From positions 6,066 through 38,065 of the forward strand of contig JAKFCW010000040.1 of assembly GCA_036676455.1 (NCBI GenBank): DNA of 32,000 nucleotides, written 5' to 3'. Under the pieces are notes generated by a model that was not told where the DNA came from, searched no databases, and saw only the letters and a program-made list of their open reading frames with translations. This document shows positions 16,482 through 24,483 of this stretch, piece after piece (position 1 is the stretch's first letter; each line of letters begins with the position of its first letter). Origin of the DNA: Candidatus Sericytochromatia bacterium (lineage in GTDB: Bacteria; Cyanobacteriota; Sericytochromatia; S15B-MN24; UBA4093). The position numbers were made by a program, and so were the translations under genes.

Positions 16482-17795
16482 TTAGACCCCCAGGCCTTGA
16501 AGGGCGGCGATCGCCTCCTCGTAGCCTACCGGCTCGTTCACGGCCTGCTTCAGGAAGGCATTGATCTTGGGGACCAGGGCGATCGCCCGATCGATTTGCG
16601 GATTAGAGCCGGGCTGGTAGGCCCCGATGTTGATGAGGTCCCGCGCGTCGCGGTAGACCGCCAGCATCTCGCGCAGGCCGCCCGCGGCCTTGAGGTGCTC
16701 GGGAGGGACGATCTCGGTCATGACGCGCGAGACCGAACCCAGGATGTCGATGGCCGGGTAGTGGTTCTGGGCGGCCAGGTCGCGCGAGAGGATGATGTGC
16801 CCGTCGAGGATGCCTCGCACCGTGTCCGAGATGGGCTCGTTGGTGTCGTCGCCTTCCACCAGCACGGTGTACAGGGCGGTAATGGCGCCCTGCTCGGCGG
16901 TGCCGGCGCGCTCCAGCAGCTTGGGCAGCATCGCGAAGACCGAAGGAGTGTAGCCCTTGGTGGCCGGCGGCTCACCGATCGCCAGGCCCACCTCGCGCTG
17001 GGCCATGGCGAAGCGGGTCACGGAGTCCATCATGAGGATGACGTTGGCGCCCTGGTCGCGGAAGTGCTCGGCGATCGCCGTCGCCACGAACGCCCCCTTG
17101 AGGCGCTGCAGCGCGGGCTGGTCTGAGGTCGCGACCACGACCACCGAGCGCGCCAGCCCCTCCTCGCCCAGGTCCCGCTCCAGGAACTCGCGAACCTCGC
17201 GGCCTCGCTCCCCGATCAGCGCGATCACGTTGAGGTCCGCCTGCGCCTCGCGGGCGATCATGCCCAAGAGGGTGCTCTTGCCGACGCCCGAGCCCGCGAA
17301 GATGCCGAGGCGCTGGCCCTGGCCACAGGTAAGCAGGCCGTCCAGCGCGCGCACCCCCATCGGCAGGGGAGTCGTGATGCGCTGGCGGGTCAAGGGATTG
17401 GGAGGCGGCGCCTCCAGAGGAGCCCGCTGCGCATGCATGATCGGGCCCTTGCCGTCGATGGGATTGCCGAGGCCGTCCACCACCCGCCCCAGCAAGCCTG
17501 CGCCCACGTTCACGTAGAGCTGACGGCCGGTCGCCACGACCGGGCTGCCCGGCTTGATGCCCTCCATCGCGCCCAGCGGCATCAGGAGCAGGCGATCCTC
17601 GCGGAAGCCGACCACCTCGGCCGGCACGACACGCCCCCCGCCGCAGTCGATGTGGGCCAGCTCGCCGAGGCTGGCCGGCGGGCCGAAGGACTCGACCACC
17701 AGCCCGATGACCTGCGCCACCTTGCCCTCATGGCGCAGCGGCCGGCAAGCGCGCGCGCGCTCCAGGGAATGCGTGAGGTCTAGACGGGTTTCCAT
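16482..17795 (-). CDS. fliI: Flagellum-specific ATPase FliI
   Basis: 437 aa; Walker A GIFAGSGVGKSTLLG, ANVILMMDSVTRFAMAQREVGLAIGEPPATKGYTPSVFA. Confidence 0.98.
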   Translation of the reverse strand: METRLDLTHSLERARACRPLRHEGKVAQVIGLVVESFGPPASLGELAHIDCGGGRVVPAEVVGFREDRLLLMPLGAMEGIKPGSPVVATGRQLYVNVGAGLLGRVVDGLGNPIDGKGPIMHAQRAPLEAPPPNPLTRQRITTPLPMGVRALDGLLTCGQGQRLGIFAGSGVGKSTLLGMIAREAQADLNVIALIGERGREVREFLERDLGEEGLARSVVVVATSDQPALQRLKGAFVATAIAEHFRDQGANVILMMDSVTRFAMAQREVGLAIGEPPATKGYTPSVFAMLPKLLERAGTAEQGAITALYTVLVEGDDTNEPISDTVRGILDGHIILSRDLAAQNHYPAIDILGSVSRVMTEIVPPEHLKAAGGLREMLAVYRDARDLINIGAYQPGSNPQIDRAIALVPKINAFLKQAVNEPVGYEEAIAALQGLGV

Positions 17796-18544
17796 GAGGG
17801 CTCCGCCGCCGGAATCTTGGCCTCCAGCGCTGACCCCAGCTCCGCGAGCACCGGTGCGATCACCGGATCGTCCTCGGGGTCGGCCATGAGCACCGCCGAG
17901 GCGAGCTCCCGGAACTGCGTCACGAAGCGGCCATCCACCCGGCCGGTCGGAGTCTCGAAGACGACGCCCCCGAGCCCGATGGCCGGGTCGGCCTTGATCT
18001 CGAGCTCCGGCATGTTGAGGGTGGCAGCCAGGCCCGAGGCATCGGACGGGTGCACCCGGATCCGGACGAGCACCGCGTCCTCGAGATGCGTCAGCGCTCC
18101 GCGGATCAGCGAGAGCAGGGCGTCGCGGTTGCGCGCCTCCTTGTGGAGGATGCGCTCGGCGGTAAGGAGAGCGAGTCGAAGAACATCGGTTTCGGACTGC
18201 TGAAGCCAGATCTTGCGCTGCTCAACCAGCGCCTGGGCCTCGGCCACGACAGCCTGAATCCGGGCCTGCCACTGGTTGCGGCCCTCGGCGTCGCCCTGCG
18301 CGAAGCCAGAATGATAGCCTTCCTGGCGGGCGGCCTCGCGGACGCGCTCGGCTTCCTGGGCGGCCTCGGCGAGCATGCGCTCCGCCTCGGCCTGTGCGGC
18401 GGCCAAGAGCGCGTCGAGATCGATCGCGGGCTCGACGGGAGTCTCGGGCTCGTCGAGGGAGGCCGCGACCACCTCGGCAGCCGCCGGAGCGGAGACGACC
18501 CACTTCCCGTCCCTGAGTTGCGCGCCCTTGAGGATGCGACCCAT
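17780..18544 (-). CDS. fliH: Flagellar assembly protein FliH
   Basis: 254 aa; coiled-coil EGYHSGFAQG, C-terminal FliH domain IRVHPSDASGL...ADPAIGLGGVVFETPTGRVDGRFVTQFREL. Confidence 0.9.
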   Translation of the reverse strand: MGRILKGAQLRDGKWVVSAPAAAEVVAASLDEPETPVEPAIDLDALLAAAQAEAERMLAEAAQEAERVREAARQEGYHSGFAQGDAEGRNQWQARIQAVVAEAQALVEQRKIWLQQSETDVLRLALLTAERILHKEARNRDALLSLIRGALTHLEDAVLVRIRVHPSDASGLAATLNMPELEIKADPAIGLGGVVFETPTGRVDGRFVTQFRELASAVLMADPEDDPVIAPVLAELGSALEAKIPAAEPSWKPV

Positions 18545-18547
18545 GGC

Positions 18548-19564
18548 TTAACCCACCAGTTCGTCGCCGGTGCCGCGGGAAACGATGATCTCGCCCTTCT
18601 CCTCGAGGGAGCGGATGATGGCCACGACTTTCTGCTGGACTTCCTCGACGTCGCGGACGCGCACCGGCCCCATGAACTCCATCTCGTCCTTGACGATCTT
18701 GCCCATGCGCTCGGACATGTTCTTGAAGATCCGGGTCCGGACGTCGTCGTTGGAGCCCTTGAGGGCGACCGCCAGCTCCTTGGTGTCCACATCGCGAAGG
18801 ATGCGCTGAATCGACCGGTCGTCGAGCACCACGATGTCCTCGAAGACGAACATGAGCTTCTTGATTTCCTCGGCGAGGTCCGGGTTCTGCTCTTCGAGGG
18901 ATTCCAGGATGGTCTTCTCGGTGCCGCGATCGACCCGGTTGAGCACGTCGACCAGGGCCTTGAGACCGCCGGCGTTGGTGAAGTCCTGGTTCATGACCGC
19001 CGAGAACTTGCGCTCGAGCACCTTCTCGACCTCGCGCAGGACCGCCGGGGTGGTCCGGTCCATCTGCGCGATGCGGGTGGCCACCTCGGTCTGCAAGTCG
19101 GCAGGAAGGCCCGAGATGACCATGGCCGCCTGCTCCGCCTTCATGTAGGCCAGGATCAAGGCGATGGTCTGCGGGTGCTCGTTCTGGATGAAGTTGAGGA
19201 TCTGCGAGGCGTCCGCCTGGCGGATGAACTCGAAGGGCAGGGTGGTCAGCGAGTCGCTGAGCCTTTGCAGGATTTCCTCGGCCTTGTCGGGTCCGAGGGC
19301 CTTGCTGAGCAGCTCGCGGGCGAAGTTCACGCCGCCGGTGGAGATGTACTGGTTGGCCTGCAGCGTGTGATAGAACTCCTCGAGCAGCTCCTCGGAGGAC
19401 TCGTTGGAGAGCTTGCCGAGGTTGGCGATCTCGAGCGTGAGGGTCTCGACCTCCTCGGTGTCCCCCAGGGCCTTGAGGATCATGCTGGCGGTGTCGGGGC
19501 CCAGGGCCACCAGCAGGGCCGCCGCCTTCTGCTTGCCGGAAAGATGCTTCATCTTGGTAGACAT
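18548..19564 (-). CDS. fliG: Flagellar motor switch protein FliG
   Basis: 338 aa; LSGKQKAAALLVALGPDTASMILK, FVFEDIVVLDDRSIQRILRDVDTKELAVALKG, MGPVRVRDVEEVQQKVV. Confidence 0.98.
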   Translation of the reverse strand: MSTKMKHLSGKQKAAALLVALGPDTASMILKALGDTEEVETLTLEIANLGKLSNESSEELLEEFYHTLQANQYISTGGVNFARELLSKALGPDKAEEILQRLSDSLTTLPFEFIRQADASQILNFIQNEHPQTIALILAYMKAEQAAMVISGLPADLQTEVATRIAQMDRTTPAVLREVEKVLERKFSAVMNQDFTNAGGLKALVDVLNRVDRGTEKTILESLEEQNPDLAEEIKKLMFVFEDIVVLDDRSIQRILRDVDTKELAVALKGSNDDVRTRIFKNMSERMGKIVKDEMEFMGPVRVRDVEEVQQKVVAIIRSLEEKGEIIVSRGTGDELVG

Positions 19565-19566
19565 GG

Positions 19567-21153
19567 CTACTCGTCCTCCAGCATCCAGGAGCGCACCAGA
19601 CGAGCCACCTCATCGGGCTGGCTCTTGATGACCTTGGAGATCTCGCGCTGGAGGTGGGTCTTGCGATCCTCTTCGCCGATCTGGCCGATCTCGGCCAGGT
19701 CCTGCCTGACGGTCGATTCGAGGGTCAGAGGTCCGAGGTCGGGAAGCTCCTCGTCCTTGGGCTTGCCACGCAGGCCGCGCCGCAGGAGGATCAGGGCCAC
19801 GATGCCCAGGATGACAGCCGCGGCGATCTTCAGGTAGAACTGGGTCTGCTCCTGAGCCTCCGCCTTGGCGAAGGCCTGCTCCTGGGCCTTGGCCACGGTG
19901 TCGTTGAACTTCAGGGCCGAGACCACGACGGTGTCGCCGCGGGCTTCGTTGACGCCCGCCGCCGCGGAGATCATCTGCCGCAAGTCGGCGATCTGATCCT
20001 CTTCGAGTTCGCCGTTGACGGCGACCGCCACCGAGAGGCGCTTCAGCTCGGCGGGAGGCTTGATCTTGCGCTGGACCGACTTGTTGACCTCGAAGTTGCG
20101 GGTATGGTCGACCTTCTCGTAGCCGCCAGGCCCGACGGAGATAGACTCGGAGGCTTCGTAGGTTGGGATGTTGGTGGCCGTGCCCGGGACTCCGCCGCTC
20201 GATGCCGCGGATCCGTCCCAGCGCTCGTGATACTCGCGCTCGGAGCGAAGGATGCCCGAAGAAGTGCCGTCAGGGCGGGTGATGACCGGCTCGTAGGTTT
20301 CCTGGTTGGTCTCCTGCTGGCTGAAATCCATCTCCGCCACCACGTTGACCACGGCGCCGTTGGGGCCGAGGACGCGATCGAGCATGCCCTGGAGGTTCTT
20401 GCGGATGCCCAGCTCGGCCTGGCGCTTGTACTCGAGCTGCTTGATGCTCTGCTCGGGCGAGAGTGGGTTGTCCTGGCCGAGGGCCAGCTCGTCGGAGTAG
20501 TTGCGGCCGTTGACGTCCGTGATCACGACGTTGGCCGGGGTCAGGCCCTTCACGGACTTGCTGACCAGGTGAACGATGGTCTTGGCCTGCTCGGGCGCGA
20601 ACTTCGAGGTGGGGTAGAGCTTGAGGACGACCGCGGCGGTCGGGCTCTCGGCGGTGTCGGTGAAGAGGTCGGGCTCGGGGATGACCAGGTGCACCCGGGC
20701 CTGCTCGACGCCTTCCATGCTGGAGATGGTGCGCGACAGCTCGCCCTGCAAGGCGCGCTGGTAGTTGAGCTTCTGGACGGCCTCGGTCATGCCGAAGGTG
20801 TTCTTATCGAAGATCTCGAAGCCCACCTCGCCGCCCAGCGGAAGGCCCTGGGCCGCCATCGAGAGGCGCAGCTCGTGGACCTGGCTGCGGGGCACCAGGA
20901 TGGACTTGCCGTCCGCCGAGATCTCGTAAGGGACCTGGGCGTCCTTGAGCTTCTGGACGATCTGGCCGGCATCGGCCTCGGTGACGTTGGTGTAAAGCGG
21001 GGCCCACTCGGGGGAGCGCGCCCAGACGAGCAGGAGCACGATGGCGGCGATGGACACCGCGGCCACCGCCCCGAAAAGGATCTGCTGGGTTCGGCTCAAG
21101 CCGGACCAGATCCGGCCGATATCAGATTGTAGCTGGCTGAAGAACTCGTTCAT
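19567..21153 (-). CDS. fliF: Flagellar MS-ring protein FliF
   Basis: 528 aa; TEADAGQIVQKLKDAQVPYEI, YQRALQGELSRTISSMEGVEQARVHLVIPE, two TM segments. Confidence 0.97.
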   Translation of the reverse strand: MNEFFSQLQSDIGRIWSGLSRTQQILFGAVAAVSIAAIVLLLVWARSPEWAPLYTNVTEADAGQIVQKLKDAQVPYEISADGKSILVPRSQVHELRLSMAAQGLPLGGEVGFEIFDKNTFGMTEAVQKLNYQRALQGELSRTISSMEGVEQARVHLVIPEPDLFTDTAESPTAAVVLKLYPTSKFAPEQAKTIVHLVSKSVKGLTPANVVITDVNGRNYSDELALGQDNPLSPEQSIKQLEYKRQAELGIRKNLQGMLDRVLGPNGAVVNVVAEMDFSQQETNQETYEPVITRPDGTSSGILRSEREYHERWDGSAASSGGVPGTATNIPTYEASESISVGPGGYEKVDHTRNFEVNKSVQRKIKPPAELKRLSVAVAVNGELEEDQIADLRQMISAAAGVNEARGDTVVVSALKFNDTVAKAQEQAFAKAEAQEQTQFYLKIAAAVILGIVALILLRRGLRGKPKDEELPDLGPLTLESTVRQDLAEIGQIGEEDRKTHLQREISKVIKSQPDEVARLVRSWMLEDE

Positions 21154-21245
21154 CGAACCCTTATCACAGTACCTTCATACCCATAGCCACCCTCATGGTC
21201 GACTCACCGCACGCCATCCTTGGCTTGCCGGGACGCTTTGCGCCA

Positions 21246-21295
21246 GAAGGCGATGCCCCTGGCGCCCGTGGGCGTGCGTTAGGGGCATCGCCTTC
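21246..21295. repeat. Perfect 15-bp inverted repeat in the fliE-fliF intergenic region
   Basis: GAAGGCGATGCCCCT (21246..21260), 20-nt spacer, AGGGGCATCGCCTTC (21281..21295). Confidence 0.9.
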
Positions 21296-21391
21296 CGCCA
21301 AACCCTCACGATGTCTTCATACAGGGAAGCATAGCATGGTTTGGCATCCAGCCAAAGCCTAGCTTAGCACAAGGAACAGAACCTCCGCTTC

Positions 21392-21427
21392 CCTTGGCAA
21401 GGGAATTATCGCCTCCTCTTGCCAAGG
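21392..21427. repeat. Perfect 10-bp inverted repeat in the fliE-fliF intergenic region
   Basis: CCTTGGCAAG (21392..21401), 16-nt spacer, CTTGCCAAGG (21418..21427). Confidence 0.85.
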
Positions 21428-21457
21428 AAATGAGCGTGCAGCGCCCGGACACACCGG

Positions 21458-21952
21458 TTAGACCTGCATCCGCATCACTTCCTGATAGGATTCCACCAAT
21501 TTGTTTCGAACCTGCATGGTGAGGTTGACAGCCACCGAGGCCTTCTCGGCGGCGATCATGACGTCGTGCAATTCGACGTCCTTGCCCATGGCCAGATCGC
21601 GCTGCTTGGAGTCGGAGGTCTGGGCGAGCTGGTTGACCGAGCCCAAGTAATTGCCAATGGAGTCGAAGATGGGCTCGACACCGAGGCCCGAGCGCTCGGC
21701 GCGGGGTCCCATGGTGGCGCCGGCTCGCGCCGTGGCGTCCGGGCCAAGCACGGGAGCGTTGAGGCTGGGGGCGGGCGGAATCAGCCGGGAAGGCTGGCCG
21801 CTCGGAGCCAGGGGCACGGTAGCTGCAGGAGCGCCCTCGGAGTGAGAATCGAATATCGCGCCGAAGTCCGGGCGCGGCATCCCGGGAAGGGGGATGCCGG
21901 GGACACCGGGAAGCGGGGCGCCCATGGGGCCAATCGGGGGAAGGAAGGGCAT
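21458..21952 (-). CDS. fliE: Flagellar hook-basal body complex protein FliE with Gly/Pro-rich N-terminal extension
   Basis: 164 aa; C-terminal SKQRDLAMGKDVELHDVMIAAEKASVAVNLTMQVRNKLVESYQEVMRMQV is FliE. Confidence 0.92.
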   Translation of the reverse strand: MPFLPPIGPMGAPLPGVPGIPLPGMPRPDFGAIFDSHSEGAPAATVPLAPSGQPSRLIPPAPSLNAPVLGPDATARAGATMGPRAERSGLGVEPIFDSIGNYLGSVNQLAQTSDSKQRDLAMGKDVELHDVMIAAEKASVAVNLTMQVRNKLVESYQEVMRMQV

Positions 21953-21953
21953 G

Positions 21954-22361
21954 TTAGATCTCCAAGGCCTTGTTGGCGGCCGCCTTCAGCGACTGGATGA
22001 CGGTGACGTTCGCCTCGTAGGAGCGGGTGGCCGAGATCATGTCGGTCATCTCGGTGACGGGGTTGACGTTAGGGTACGAGACGTAGCCCTCCCCGTTGGC
22101 ATCCGGGTGCTCGGGATCGTACACCAGGCGGAAGGGGGACTCGTCCTCGATGACGCCGGAGACGCGGACCCCGTGGGTGGGCAGACCGGCACGACGCTCG
22201 GAGGGGCGGGACTCGAAGACCACCATCTCGCGGCGGTAGGCCTCGCCCTTGTCGGTGCGGGTGGTGTTGGCATTGGCCAGGTTGGAGGAGATCACGTCCA
22301 TGCGCAGGCGCTGGGCGGTGAGCGCCGAGGCGGCGGTGTTGAGCGCGTCGAAAATTCCCAT
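21954..22361 (-). CDS. flgC: Flagellar basal-body rod protein FlgC
   Basis: 135 aa; FDALNTAASALTAQRLRMDVISSNLANANTTRT, NPVTEMTDMISATRSYEANVTVIQSLK. Confidence 0.97.
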   Translation of the reverse strand: MGIFDALNTAASALTAQRLRMDVISSNLANANTTRTDKGEAYRREMVVFESRPSERRAGLPTHGVRVSGVIEDESPFRLVYDPEHPDANGEGYVSYPNVNPVTEMTDMISATRSYEANVTVIQSLKAAANKALEI

Positions 22362-22386
22362 CGTCTACTCCCTGCGGAAAGGCGGC

Positions 22387-22797
22387 CTAGGAGCCGCGGA
22401 TCACGTCCTTGAGCCCCGTCATCTTGCGCTTCATCAGATCGGCCACGGCGCTGTAGGTCAGGCTGGTCTGGGCGAGGCGCGTCATCTCGACGTCGATGTC
22501 GACGTTGTTGCCGTCGTTGCGAAGGGTGGAATCGGTGGCGCGTCGCAGCTCGGGCTGGAACTGGCTGATCCCCTGAGGCCCGAGGCTGAGGTGCCCCGGA
22601 TGGGTCAGAGCCAGAGGGGCGGCCGGAGAGCCTTCCACGGCCGCCTGGAGCTGGGCCTCGTAAGAGACCTCGAAGCGCTTGAAATGGGGAGTGTCGGCAT
22701 TGGCGACGTTCTCGGCGAGGGCGCGCTGGCGCTGTCCGAGCCCGGTCAGGCCGGCCTGGAGCACCGAGGTGGTCCCTCCGAAGAGCTTGTCCAGCAC
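22387..22797 (-). CDS. flgB: Flagellar basal-body rod protein FlgB
   Basis: 136 aa; QRALAENVANADTPHFKRFEVSYE, NNVDIDVEMTRLAQTSLTYSAVADLMKRKMTGLKDVI. Confidence 0.96.
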   Translation of the reverse strand: MLDKLFGGTTSVLQAGLTGLGQRQRALAENVANADTPHFKRFEVSYEAQLQAAVEGSPAAPLALTHPGHLSLGPQGISQFQPELRRATDSTLRNDGNNVDIDVEMTRLAQTSLTYSAVADLMKRKMTGLKDVIRGS

Positions 22798-22882
22798 GCG
22801 TCAATCCTCCTGAAATCCCCGTCCGGCGCGGCTTGGCGACACGCGGACGCTTGCGATTCACTATACCCTTCGCGGGGTGCCT

Positions 22883-23602
22883 CTAATCGTTATCGGCGCC
22901 CGGGGCCGGATCTGAAGCCCCCACAGGCGAGCTTGCCTCGCGCTGGCGCGCGATTTCCAGGATCCGATCGACCACTTGCTCCGCCGAGAGCTGGTCCGTG
23001 TCGACGCGCACGGCGTCCTCGGCCGCCTTCAGGGGGCTCACGGCCCGGTTGGAGTCGTAGGCGTCACGGCGGGCGATCTCGGCGGCGAGCTCGTCGAGGT
23101 CGACGGCGTGGCCCTTGGCCTCGAGGTCCTTGGCGCGGCGGCGCGCCCGCTCCATGGGCGAGGCGACCAGGAAGATCTTGACCGGGGCCTGCGGGAAGAC
23201 CACGGTGCCGATGTCGCGCCCCTCGGCGACCACTCCGCCGCCCTTGCCGAGCTCGCGCTGGCGGTCGACCAGGACCTCGCGGACGCCGGCGTGCGCGGCG
23301 ACCTGCGAGACGTGGCGGGTGACCTCGGGCATGCGGATGGCGTCGGTGACGTCCTGGCCGTCGATGCGGACGCGGTCTCCGTCCTCGCCGGGGATCAGGG
23401 CGATCTGGGACTCGCGTGCGAGGCGGGTCATCGCGTCGGCGTCATCGAGGGCCAGGCCCTCCGACAGGGCCTTCCAGGTGATGGCGCGGTACATGGCCCC
23501 GGTGTCGAGGAAGAGCAGGTCGAGGCGGCGGGCGACCGCGCGGGCGACGGTGCTCTTGCCGGCTCCGGCGGGACCATCGATGGCGACGATGAGGCGACTC
23601 AC
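22883..23602 (-). CDS. cmk: Cytidylate kinase
   Basis: 239 aa from GTG at 23602: SRLIVAIDGPAGAGKSTVARAVARRLDLLFLDTGAMYRAITW, VVAEGRDIGTVVFPQA. The longer ORF call to 24136 overlaps panC. Confidence 0.96.
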   Translation of the reverse strand: MSRLIVAIDGPAGAGKSTVARAVARRLDLLFLDTGAMYRAITWKALSEGLALDDADAMTRLARESQIALIPGEDGDRVRIDGQDVTDAIRMPEVTRHVSQVAAHAGVREVLVDRQRELGKGGGVVAEGRDIGTVVFPQAPVKIFLVASPMERARRRAKDLEAKGHAVDLDELAAEIARRDAYDSNRAVSPLKAAEDAVRVDTDQLSAEQVVDRILEIARQREASSPVGASDPAPGADND

Positions 23603-24483
23603 AGGGCAGCTCCTTCCAAGAGGCGGGAGAGTCCTCGGTCCGGCGAGTCCGGGGCGAGGAGGGCGTTGTCGATGAGGCGGGTCTTGCCGAGCTTGGCGGC
23701 GAGGGCCAGGACCGCGGGGGCGTCGAGGGTGGCGACGGGCATGAGGGTGTCGGCGTCGCGCAGCTCGAGGTACTCGAGATCGAGGCCGTCCAGCTCGGTG
23801 CGCGAGAGAGAGAGCAGGCGCTCGGCAGAGCGCTCGCCTGCGAGGTAGGCGCGCATGGCCTGGGCGAGGGCGCGCGACAGCGCGAGGGCGCGCGTGCGGT
23901 CCTCCTCGGAGAGGTAGGTATTGCGCGAGCTGAGGGCGAGGCCGTCGGCTTCGCGGACGAGCGGGGCGCGCACGACGGTGACGGGCATGGCGAGGTCCTC
24001 GACCATGCGGGCGACGACGCGCCACTGCTGGAAGTCCTTCTGCCCGAGGTAGACGAGGTCGGGGCGGATCATGCCGAAGAGGCGGGCGAGGACGGTGGTA
24101 ACGCCGGCGAAGTGGCCGGGGCGCGAGGCGCCGCAAAGGGAGTCGGTGAGGCCCGAGACGGTGACCGAGGTGGCGAAGCCCGGGGGGTAGACCCCGTCGG
24201 GCGTTGGGGTGAAGAGGAGGTCGACGCCTTCGCGCTCGCAGAGGGCGTGGTCGCGCTCGAGGTCGCGCGGGTAGCGATCGAGGTCCTCGTTGGGTCCGAA
24301 CTGCTTGGGGTTGACGAAGATCGAGACGACGACGAGGTCTGCCGCTTGGCGTGCGAGGCGGATGAGGCTGGCGTGGCCCTCGTGGAGGTAGCCCATGGTG
24401 GGGACGAAGGCGAGGCGGGTGCCTGGGGCACGCAGACGGGCGAGGGATTCATCGAGCTCAAGGCGGGAGGAGACCCGGATCAC
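23599..24483 (-). CDS. panC: Pantoate--beta-alanine ligase
   Basis: 294 aa from GTG at 24483; FVPTMGYLHEGHASLIRLAR, VSIFVNPKQFGPNEDLDRYPRDLERD, YLGQKDFQQWRVVARMV, SSRNTYLSEEDR. 4-nt overlap with cmk. Confidence 0.96.
   Translation of the reverse strand: MIRVSSRLELDESLARLRAPGTRLAFVPTMGYLHEGHASLIRLARQAADLVVVSIFVNPKQFGPNEDLDRYPRDLERDHALCEREGVDLLFTPTPDGVYPPGFATSVTVSGLTDSLCGASRPGHFAGVTTVLARLFGMIRPDLVYLGQKDFQQWRVVARMVEDLAMPVTVVRAPLVREADGLALSSRNTYLSEEDRTRALALSRALAQAMRAYLAGERSAERLLSLSRTELDGLDLEYLELRDADTLMPVATLDAPAVLALAAKLGKTRLIDNALLAPDSPDRGLSRLLEGAAL

Noticed and set aside
18050-19837. 595-aa plus-strand ORF opposite fliH/fliG
   Set aside because: Antisense shadow of clear flagellar genes.
19654-21132. 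492-aa plus-strand ORF opposite fliF
   Set aside because: Antisense shadow of FliF.
22883-24136. 417-aa ORF as an N-terminally extended Cmk
   Set aside because: The first ~178 residues are Arg/Pro-rich out-of-frame translation of panC; the true start is GTG at 23602.
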